64,000 bases of DNA from an uncultured cyanobacterium (GTDB taxonomy: Bacteria > Cyanobacteriota > Cyanobacteriia > Cyanobacteriales > Microcystaceae): assembly GCA_963807635.1 (NCBI GenBank), contig CAWEDJ010000086.1:1-64000 (forward strand), written 5' to 3'. The notes below the pieces were generated by a model. The model made no database searches, had not been told where the DNA came from, and saw only the letters and a list, made by a program, of their open reading frames with translations. Below are positions 55,208 to 64,000 of the stretch, one piece after another. How positions within the stretch are numbered: the stretch's first letter is position 1; every line of letters starts with the position of its first letter. The position numbers and the translations under genes were made by a program.

Positions 55208-55812
55208 ATGTTTGAAGAATTTGAGAATGATCCCCTTTTACCCACGATCAGCTTTTGGAAAATCGAGGTCGGGTTGCTATTTTTATTGATGGTTCCAATT
55301 TGTTTTATGCCGCTCTTCAGTTGGGCATTGAAATTGATTACACCAAGTTACTCCTCCGTTTAACAGGGGCTGCTTGACTCAGAGCTTTCTTTTCATAGGG
55401 AGCTCGATTTCCGCACCGACCAGAAACAACAGGGCTTTTTACTCTGGATGCGGCGCAATGGTTATCGAGTGATTGCCAAAGATCTTGTTCAATTACCCGA
55501 TGGCTCAAAAAAGCTAATTTAGATGTGGAAATTGCGGTCGATTTAATGGCTCTCGTGGGTTTCTTTGATACGGCAGTCATTGTCAGTGGCGATGGCGATT
55601 TGGCCCATGCGGCTGACGCGGTGAGTTATCGGGGCGCGCGAATTGAAGTGGTAAGCTTGCGATCGATGACCAGTGATAGTTTAATTAACGTGTCGGATCG
55701 CTATGTGGATCTGGATCAAATTAAGGAAGAAATTCAAAAAGTCTCGAAAACTAGCCTAAACTACGGCGGTTTTCCCACGATTGGATTACTCGACTACGAT
55801 AAAACCCGTTAA
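55208..55812 (+). CDS. NYN-domain protein (LabA family), multiply frameshifted
   Basis: RGRVAIFIDGSNLFYAA upstream; VEIAVDLM...VSGDGDLA...RIEVVS downstream. Confidence 0.8.
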
Positions 55813-55849
55813 TTAAATTTGTTTTGCAGCATGGTGGCTGGCTTTTGAT

Positions 55850-57065
55850 TTGGTAAAAATTTTACCCCGCTCTATTGATATTGGGAGACTACTGCTGAGT
55901 GGTGTCCTTGTTTTCGCTGTCACGGGATGTCAAGCCTCTAAACCGATCGCAAAACCGAGTCCCGTTCCCAGTGGCAAGTTAGAAAGCTATCTGAAGTTAA
56001 AACAAGGCGACCCTCGAACAAACCGATGCCAAGGGTCAAAGTCTGTGGAAAATTCAGGTAGAAGACGCGATTTATACCCCCGATTTCGAAGAACGCGGAC
56101 TTGACTGGCATCAAGGGAGATTTATTCACCGATGGAAAAATTGTCTTACAAGTCAGTGCGGATAAGGGAGAAATTCAAAAAGACGGAGAAATCGTGATTT
56201 TAAGGCAAAATATTATTGCCGTTGATCCCCGTAATAAGGCGGTGATTCGCAGTAATGAGGCAGAATGGCGACCCAAGGAGTCCTTATTAGTATTCGTAAA
56301 GACTTTAAGGGCAGTCATCCCCACACGAAGCGACAGCCAAGGAAGGGCGGTATGAAACTCGTCGCCAGCGTGTGGATCTGTCGGGAAATATTGTCCGGGC
56401 ATCTTGCCAAAAGAGATTGCAGCTCAAGACAGAACATTTATTTTGGCTGATTGCCGAAAACAAGATCCTGAGTGACCAGTTAATGACGGTGTCTCGCTTT
56501 CAGGATAAACAGATCACCGATCAGGTCGTGACCAAACAAGCAGAATTGCAATTGAAGACCAAACTATTGCAAATTCGAGAAAGTGTAGATTTTAAATCTC
56601 TGAAGCCGCCCCTACAAATTGCAGGAACTTTGATCAATTGGTACTACGAAAAACGGTTAGTGGATTCATCCCAGCCCCTTAAAATAGTCGATTACGAAAA
56701 ACAAATTACGATTACGGGCAATCAAGGCAAAGTTGATCTCAATCAAAATATGGGCCTGGATGACGGGGGGGGCGTAGGGCATTAGCAAACAAAATCAAGC
56801 CAAACTTTTTGCTAATAACCTGACTTGGAACATGGCGAACCAGACCCTAGAAGCCTTGGGCAATGTGATTTATGAACAAAGCAAATCCCCTAAATTCAAT
56901 CTCACAGGGGAAAGGGCGATTGGCATTCTGCAAAATAATAGTGTCATTGTCACCAGTGATAAACAAGATAGAGTGGTGACTGAAATCTATCCCGAACCAA
57001 AGCAATCGAAAAATCCCGAATATGGTCTCTCCCTCAACACCGAATCCCTATGTATTGTTGGTTAA
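55850..57065 (+). CDS. lptC: LptC-like LPS export periplasmic lipoprotein, multiply frameshifted; ends approximate
   Basis: VTGC lipobox; beta-jellyroll fragments (LQVSADKGE, EAEWRP, LKTEHLFW, LTGERAIG) in four ORFs. Confidence 0.6.
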
Positions 57066-57711
57066 AACCAATGATGCCTTAAATCAAAAAGCCAACTTGA
57101 TCTCCAGGAAGCAGGCTATATTCCCCGAATTGCCCTCGATATTGACCAGGTCTTGGGTACAGATTCAGCAACAACATCCGCCCTGATTGTGTTAGACCGC
57201 GATCGCGCTGGGGAAAAAGGTTTGCAATTTTGTCAGGAATTACGGCAGGCATCCTTATCCCGTCGTTATTCTGATGTTGATTGAAAATGAAGCTATTGAA
57301 GAGAGAGTTATTTGCTTAGAAGCAGAGCCGATGATTATTTACTCAAACCCTATCGCTCCATCTTTTTTACATCGAGTCCGATTTTATCTCCAACCCTCGG
57401 AAAATCCCCCCGAACAACTCGCCTTTGGTCATCTTGTCCTAGATTTAAGCAATCGGCATCTGATTTTAACGGGAAAAAAAATTGATTTAACGATGAAGGA
57501 ATTTGAATTATTAAAATATCTCATGGCCCATCCCAGGGAAGTGGTGACGAGGGAACAAATTTTAGAACACGTCTGGGGTTACGACTTTCACGGAGAATCG
57601 AATATTATTGAAGTTTATATCCGTTATCTGCGACTCAAAATTGAAGTGGGTGGTCAAAAACGATTGATTCATACCGTTCGGGGCGTGGGTTATGTCCTCA
57701 AAGAATCCTGA
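57022..57711 (+). CDS. nblR: OmpR-family response regulator NblR, N-terminus frameshifted
   Basis: ATG 57022 gives MVSPSTPNPYVLLV; LTMKEFELL, SNIIEVYIRYLRLK and HTVRGVGY; next to DUF192. Confidence 0.72.
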
Positions 57712-57863
57712 GACGCAAAAAAGAGGCGATGGGCGATCGCGGCAAACCGTCCTTCTGGGTTTACGAATTCCCAACTCAAAAAAGATCCAAAGCTTGGTAT
57801 ATTAGAAATTCTCAATTTTCTCAACCTCAAAATTCCTAACACTGCAACCAACATGAAAGGACG

Positions 57864-58362
57864 GTGAACCTGTTGCAAAAATTAATCTCTGGATTACTCC
57901 TAACCTTTTTACTGGCTGGATGCGTAACGACCGCTCCCGTATCCTCCCAGCCCCAGGCTGCTGCAAATCAGGGACAAAAATTACCCATCACAGCAACCGC
58001 TAAAATGGGTCAAGAAGTAATTGAATTAGAAGTCGCGAAAACCCCAGAACAGCAAGAAATCGGATTAATGTTTAGAACCGATTTAGCAAAAAATCGAGGA
58101 ATGAATCTTTCTCTTTTCTCCGCCCCGTGTGACTCGCTTTTGGATGAAAAATACCTTGATCCCGCTAGATATGGTTTTTTTGCGTGGAGGCGTGATCCAA
58201 TCAATTTCAGCCTCGGTTCCTCCTTGTAAGCGTGATCCCTGTCCTTCCTATGGCCCTTTTGTGGAAATTGATCAGGTGGTAGAACTCGCTTCTGGACGTG
58301 CAAAAGAATTGGGACTTCAAAAAGGAGATCTACTTAAGGTCGAATTCACGAAAACTCCGTAA
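57864..58362 (+). CDS. DUF192 family lipoprotein, frameshifted
   Basis: LAGC lipobox; LEVAKTPEQQEIGLMFR, FWMKNTLIPLDM and VVEL. Confidence 0.88.
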
Positions 58363-59084
58363 TTTTAGCTAGAAATCCCCTGTATCAATTTACAAAATTT
58401 AAGGTTTTCTTTGGTATTTAATCGACAAAAATTACGTATAGTATTAGTCAAGGGCAAATCTTTAATGCCAAAAGATTCAGATAGGCTACCTCAACAGTTG
58501 AATTAACTGAGATTCGGTTCTACCTTTTAATCGAGCAGTCCAGATACCATTTCCCCCAACCCACTCTGATGTTTTAACGAGATCAGAGCGTTGCGGTAGA
58601 CTCCCAACAAAGATTCTCAAAATTGTATCTAAGTGGCTACTCACCGCAAAATAAAACTCTAAGATGTGGCTTTTGGATCTTTTTAGAGTTAGTAGTGTTT
58701 TTAAGAAATTTCAGAGTTTCCCTAAATCAACAGTTTAGGGGACAGTTTTATCAAATTTACATTAAGATTCTTGTAGGGAGATTCTCTTGTTCTTTAGCGA
58801 AGCAATATTTTGAATTTGCATTTTGAATTCACAAATTCTTCATAAGAATTAGCTATCTTACAAAGATTCTATGATTTGGGGTTCGATTATTTTTTCCGAA
58901 ACCCGTCGTTTAGGTGAACGAAATACTTGTTGTAGAGACGAGCAAAATTAAATCCAAATTTTTTGGACTTTTGTAAAATCACCTTAATTAATCAATAGAC
59001 TATTTTAAAACTGGCCTTTGTTCCCTTTATTAATCAAACCTTTATTTCAAAATGAACATAACAAAACAGGATGGACAAATAACG

Positions 59085-59276
59085 ATGCAAAGCACGAAAT
59101 ATCATGGACTTTCTAATTTTTTGCAGGAAGAATTGGCTCTTTCTCAGGATTCTGTGGCGATCGCCGAACGCTCAGTCAAACAAAATCATGGCTCCTTACC
59201 CATTGTGCTGTGGCAGTACGGTTTAATTAATTTGGATGAACTAGACCGCATTTACGACTGGTTAGATAAGGGTTAA
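59085..59276 (+). CDS. DUF2949 family protein
   Basis: FLQEELAL...LPIVLWQYGLI.L.EL..IYDWL. Confidence 0.85.
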   Translation: MQSTKYHGLSNFLQEELALSQDSVAIAERSVKQNHGSLPIVLWQYGLINLDELDRIYDWLDKG

Positions 59277-59328
59277 ATGCTCCATTGCCTGTTTTTGAAA
59301 ATTTTTTAGTATTCTTCATTTAATTTAT

Positions 59329-59360
59329 GATCCGCTTCCCTTCAGGTAGTGGATTTTTTT
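59329..59360 (+). terminator. Probable intrinsic terminator after DUF2949
   Basis: GATCCGCT.CC...GG.AGTGGATT stem followed by a T-run. Confidence 0.65.
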
Positions 59361-59479
59361 GTTTGCCCCATAGAATCCGAAAAAGAAAAGATCGATAGAG
59401 TGAATCAAAAAGCGTTAAACTTGTCCTTTAAGTGAAAATTCTTAAACGTCTGTTCTTGTAAAATTCAATTATCTGCTCT

Positions 59480-62400
59480 ATGTCTGATCAATTTTTTGAG
59501 AAACCCATCTTAAATTCTCCCTATCATCGCCCAACCAAGCATTGGGAACTGGACAAGAATGGTTTGCCAACTCAGAAAATTATTGCTCAACGGCGACCTG
59601 CCAGTTTTATTACGCCGATTCCCAGACCTCGTAAGCAAAAGGCAATTCAACAAACCTTGGATGTATTTGATACCCATTCTAAAAATGGTGAACTATCGTT
59701 ATTTATTAATAGTATTCGAGACAAAGTAGATCAATGGCGTAATTTACCTGATAATAATGATTGGAAAGTTACTCCGACTACGAGAGAGTTATTAACCTAT
59801 TGGCGACACCATAAATTTGAGAATCTTCGTCCTTTCTTCTGTCAAGTTGAAGCAGTAGAAACGGCAATTTGGTTGGCGGAAGTTGCCCCAAAAGGCGATA
59901 AGAAGGATAAAGGTTTTTTGGAGACTCTTAAGCAATTAAATCTGGAGGCTAATCCTGAGATTTTTCGGATTGCGTTGAAATTAGCAACAGGCGCAGGAAA
60001 AACAACGGTGATGGCGATGCTAATTGCTTGGCAGACGCTTAATGCAATTCGTTCTCCTAAAAGTAACCCATTTACAACGGGATTTCTAATCATTACGCCT
60101 GGGATTACTATCCGCGATCGCCTACGAGTTTTACAGCCCAATGACCCTGAGAGTTATTATAAATACCGCGAATTAGTTCCGAGTAATCTGTTAGAAAATA
60201 TGGGTAGGGCTAAGATTGTTATTACTAATTATCATGCCTTTAAATTGCGAGAAAAAGTAGATATTGCAAAAGGAACTCGCGCTTTGATTAAGGGGAAAAC
60301 AGGAAAAGAGTTAAAGACGTTGGAAACAGAAGCCGATATGATTGATCGGGTTATGTCGCCCTTAAAGGGGATTAAAAACGTGTTAGTGATTAATGATGAA
60401 GCTCACCATTGTTATCGAGAAAGACCAGAAAGTAATGATATTGAAAATTTGAAAGGGGAGGAAAAAGAAGAGGCTAAAGAAAATAATGAGGCGGCTCGTC
60501 TTTGGATTTCGGGCATTGAATCTGTCAAGCGTCAGCTAGGTATTAAGACGGTTTATGATCTTTCTGCGACACCTTTTTTCTTGAGAGGTTCAGGTTATGA
60601 AGAGGGAACTTTATTTCCCTGGACGGTGAGCGATTTTTCCTTAATGGATGCGATTGAATGTGGCATTGTTAAACTTCCCCGTGTACCCGTGGCCGATAAT
60701 TTACCTGGGGGCGAAATGCCTAAATTTCGGAAATTATGGGAAACTATTCGCTCGAAAATGCCCAAGAAAGGACGGGGAAAAGCAGGGGAATTAGACCCGT
60801 TAAGTTTACCCACCGAATTACAAACCGCCCTTGATGCCCTCTATGGTCATTATGAGAAAACCTATCAACAATGGGAAGAGGCGGGAATTGATGTTCCTCC
60901 TGTTTTTATTGTGGTTTGTAATAATACTTCGACTTCCAATTTAGTTTATAAGTTCATTTCAGGTTTTCATCGAGAAACAGAGAAAGGAAAAACAGGAGAA
61001 AAAGCGACTTTTCATCAAGGTCGTCTAAACTTATTCCGTAATTATGATGATTTGGGCGATCGCCTATCCCGTCCGAGAACTCTATTGATTGATAGTAAAC
61101 AGCTAGAGTCAGGAGATGCGTTAGAAAGTAATTTTCGGGCGATTGCGGCTGAAGAAATTAAAGCGTTTAAACGAGACATGAGACAAAGAACAAGTAAAGA
61201 TCACAATGAGATTGATAAAATCACCGATCAAGACTTGCTTAGGGAAGTCATGAATACAGTCGGAAAGAAAGGTAAATTAGGTGAGTCTGTTCGTTGTGTG
61301 GTTTCGGTTTCCATGCTTACCGAAGGATGGGATACGAATACTTGTACTCATGTTTTAGGTGTTCGGGCTTTTGGCACTCAATTACTCTGTGAACAAGTGA
61401 TGGGTCGGGCCTTACGCCGTCTCAATTATGAACTCAATGATGAGGGCTTATTTGATGTGGAATATGCTGATATTTTGGGTATTCCCTTTGATTTTACAGC
61501 CCAAGAAATTCGTGACGCTACACCAAAGAAGCCGAAGAAAACTCAACAAATCAAAGCCCTTAGTCCAGAGCGTGATACAGTAGGCATTCAGTTTCCGCGT
61601 ATTGAAGGTTATCGAATTGAGTTACCCAGTGAAGAATTAACGGCTCATTTTACGCCTGATTCGGTATTAGAATTAAATCCTTATTTAGTGGGGCCTTGTG
61701 TTGTCTTGGTGCAGGGAATTATTGGGGAAGAAGTAGAGCTAAATGTCAAACATTTAGAGGGAATGCGTCAATCTACTATTCTTTATCACCTCACTAAACA
61801 CCTTTTATACACGAAATATCGAGACCCAGGAGAAGACCCAAAACTTTATCTCTTTGGACAGCTTAAACGCATTGCGCGTCAATGGTTAGAAGGGGGATAT
61901 TTACGCTGTACGGGACAAACCTATCCCGCTCAAGTGCTTTATCAAGAAATTGCGGATATGGCCTGTGAACGCATTCGTTCGGCCATTACGGAAGCCTACG
62001 GGGGTGAAGACCGTCCGATTAAAGCGATTCCAGATGCCTATAATCCCATTGGTTCAACGGCTCATGTTAATTTTAACACTTCTAAAACGAATTTATGGCG
62101 GACTGATCCTCGTCGTTGCCATGTGAATTATGTCGCCTGTGATAGTGATTGGGAGGCTGAATTTTGTCGTGTCGCTGAATCCCATCCTAACGTTAAGTCC
62201 TATATTAAAAATCAGGGTTTAGGGTTAGAAGTTCCCTATCTCTATGGTTCCATTCAACGCAAATATATTCCCGATTTTATTGTGCAAATTGATGATGGGC
62301 ATTCTGACCTTTTAAATTTAGTTGTGGAGATTAAAGGCTATCGGGGGGAAGATGCTAAAGACAAGGCGAATACCATGCGAAATTATTGGATTCCAGGAGT

Positions 62401-62512
62401 AAATAATTTAGGTTTCTATGGTCGTTGGGCATTTGCTGAATTTACCGTTGCTTTTGAAATTCAATCGGATTTTGATCAGTTACTTTCTCAATTTATATCA
62501 ACAAAAGTTTAG
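59480..62512 (+). CDS. Type III-like restriction enzyme Res subunit (SF2 helicase + PD-(D/E)xK nuclease; BPTD_3080-like family)
   Basis: RPFFCQ.EA, LATGAGKT, NDEAHHCY, DLSATP, MLTEGWD, QVMGRALRR and YIPDF...VEIKG. Confidence 0.88.
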   Translation: MSDQFFEKPILNSPYHRPTKHWELDKNGLPTQKIIAQRRPASFITPIPRPRKQKAIQQTLDVFDTHSKNGELSLFINSIRDKVDQWRNLPDNNDWKVTPTTRELLTYWRHHKFENLRPFFCQVEAVETAIWLAEVAPKGDKKDKGFLETLKQLNLEANPEIFRIALKLATGAGKTTVMAMLIAWQTLNAIRSPKSNPFTTGFLIITPGITIRDRLRVLQPNDPESYYKYRELVPSNLLENMGRAKIVITNYHAFKLREKVDIAKGTRALIKGKTGKELKTLETEADMIDRVMSPLKGIKNVLVINDEAHHCYRERPESNDIENLKGEEKEEAKENNEAARLWISGIESVKRQLGIKTVYDLSATPFFLRGSGYEEGTLFPWTVSDFSLMDAIECGIVKLPRVPVADNLPGGEMPKFRKLWETIRSKMPKKGRGKAGELDPLSLPTELQTALDALYGHYEKTYQQWEEAGIDVPPVFIVVCNNTSTSNLVYKFISGFHRETEKGKTGEKATFHQGRLNLFRNYDDLGDRLSRPRTLLIDSKQLESGDALESNFRAIAAEEIKAFKRDMRQRTSKDHNEIDKITDQDLLREVMNTVGKKGKLGESVRCVVSVSMLTEGWDTNTCTHVLGVRAFGTQLLCEQVMGRALRRLNYELNDEGLFDVEYADILGIPFDFTAQEIRDATPKKPKKTQQIKALSPERDTVGIQFPRIEGYRIELPSEELTAHFTPDSVLELNPYLVGPCVVLVQGIIGEEVELNVKHLEGMRQSTILYHLTKHLLYTKYRDPGEDPKLYLFGQLKRIARQWLEGGYLRCTGQTYPAQVLYQEIADMACERIRSAITEAYGGEDRPIKAIPDAYNPIGSTAHVNFNTSKTNLWRTDPRRCHVNYVACDSDWEAEFCRVAESHPNVKSYIKNQGLGLEVPYLYGSIQRKYIPDFIVQIDDGHSDLLNLVVEIKGYRGEDAKDKANTMRNYWIPGVNNLGFYGRWAFAEFTVAFEIQSDFDQLLSQFISTKV

Positions 62513-62520
62513 TATAATTA

Positions 62521-64000
62521 GGGCTTGCTGAAAAAGTCAAAAAACAGGAAGAGGGGATTAATTTATGAATTTAAGGCGAGTAAAACATAAGGGTTAAATG
62601 AATTGTCAACACAAAGCATAAGCTGGGCTAATAAGAGGGCAGAAAAATAAGCTCTTCTTCCGAAAAAGACAAAAAAAACGTAAAACCTGCCGAAGCAGGG
62701 CAAAAAGATTGATGACTAAAAAGGTGATAGCAATAGCGGTTTCAGAGGTATCAGGAAGTTTTGTCATAACTCGATTGAGGCTAAATCGTCTCTTTGCTTG
62801 ACCAAATTTGCCTTCAATAGCATTACGGTCTCTTTCATCTTGAAGAGCTTCTTTCTTTTTTTCTGGACTAATATTTGTGGGTCGTCTTCCCAAGGGTGGC
62901 CACTCAATCGAATTCCCTTCTCCTTACAAAAAGCGCGATTTTCCCTTGTGCGATAGATTGCATCAGCATGAACAGACTGGGGATAGTAGCCTGTCTCACG
63001 TTTAAACTCTTCTATTTGTCCTTTGAAGTCGCCTGATTCATTATAATTATCCCAACTTAATCGGTATAAATAAAGATATCCATTCACATAACTTGCTGAT
63101 AGTTTTGCACCAAACTCTACTGGCGTTCCCGCTTTTCCTCTAACAATGGGACGAACATGAGGTTGAGTCAAACTCACAATTCTATTTTCTACCTTATTTT
63201 CTTTATTTTCATACATTCCTACTTGTTGCTCATAGGCTTTTTGTATTATCGACAGTATCTTTTCGTCTTTTTTACTTAATTTTGCGACCTCTTTATCTTC
63301 TCTTAATTTTTCTATATGGGAAAGGTTTCTTTTGATATATTGGATTTGTTTTTTTATGCCCTTTCTCCTTTCTTTTCTCGACGGACGGCGTTTTTTTGAC
63401 AATTTTAAGTAATCTTTTCTGGCTCTTATTCTATAGGTTCTTGGTTTTTTTCCTTTTTTTTTAGTTTTTTTATACAAGTTGTCTATTATTTTTTCGGTTT
63501 TTTCTCTTGCCTCATTCAAGATTCCTATATCTGTTGGATATTTGATGCCTGCTGGTGCACAGGTTGCATCTATTAATAGCTTTCCTCTATTCTGATTTTC
63601 CCCTTCACTTTTTTCTTTTACTTCTGATAATATTTCTTCTTCTTTTTTTACCATTGCTTTATTTATTTGATTCACCAAGTCCATTCCTATTCTTTGACGG
63701 AAATGTACTAACAGTGACGCATCAAATGCCTCCTCATTTTCATATACTTCTAGTCCTATAAAATATTGTAAGTAAGGGTTTTCTTTTATTTGTTCTACTG
63801 TTTCTCGGTCACTTATTCTCAATATTTCTTTTATTATTAATGACCCTAATGCCATCCTAAATGGTTTGGCTGTCGCTCCTTTATTTTCTGAAAATTGTTT
63901 TGCATATTCTTCTTCAAATTCCTCCCACGGAATTATTTTTGACATGATTACCCAACGATTTTCTTCTTTTGGCTTCCACTCACTTGGTATTTTGAAGTTT
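62521..64000 (-). mobile_element. IS5-family insertion sequence; one end at about 62521, the other beyond the window
   Basis: Transposase gene; end sequence GGGCTTGCTGAAAAAG resembles cyanobacterial IS5-type terminal repeats; preceded by TTA. Confidence 0.8.
62606..63945 (-). CDS. IS5-family DDE transposase, frameshifted near 62900; true start probably upstream of 63945
   Basis: IKENPYLQYFIG, LIDATCAP, RPIVRGK...EFGAK, ADAIYRTRENR and RNAIEGKFG..KR. Confidence 0.9.

Noticed and set aside
58445..58495. c-di-GMP-I riboswitch suggested by AGGGCAAA
   Set aside because: The GNRA loop, GACGCAAAGC segment and second stem are missing.
62764..62900. Programmed ribosomal frameshift in the IS5 transposase
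   Set aside because: The break falls within the conserved SGPPLGR motif with no slippery heptamer; a one-base deletion (error or inactivation) explains it.

Overview
A 64-kb chromosomal segment of a unicellular cyanobacterium, probably Chroococcales. Evidence for this is the dense HIP1 GCGATCGC octamers plus psbX, ycf66, cpcG, cpcS, nblR and narM. The backbone is housekeeping: ribD, amt, mnmE, lhgO, gyrA, lipB, hpf/lrtA, a puuE-uraH-uraD purine-catabolism cluster, grxC, gshB, folB, tRNA-Ser(CGA), cinA, yvcK, cobS, rimO-crhR, fur, metG and labA/lptC/nblR. Several small, AT-rich, HIP1-poor accessory cassettes sit between core genes: (1) a type II restriction-modification pair; (2) an island with DUF3782, an orphan ParA, an antitoxin and an HNH gene; (3) a T4-like RNA repair module (Rnl1 ligase + Pnkp) followed by a DUF4365 nuclease-fold pair, lying between grxC and gshB; (4) an ABC-ATPase + TOPRIM-like (DUF4276-type) candidate defence pair; (5) a type III-like Res helicase/nuclease followed directly by an IS5-family element. 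The RNA repair/DUF4365 cassette is the most interesting candidate system. Many genes, including essential gyrA and metG, are split by single-base indels, most likely assembly errors. All family calls come from motif recognition by eye; no database searches were run.
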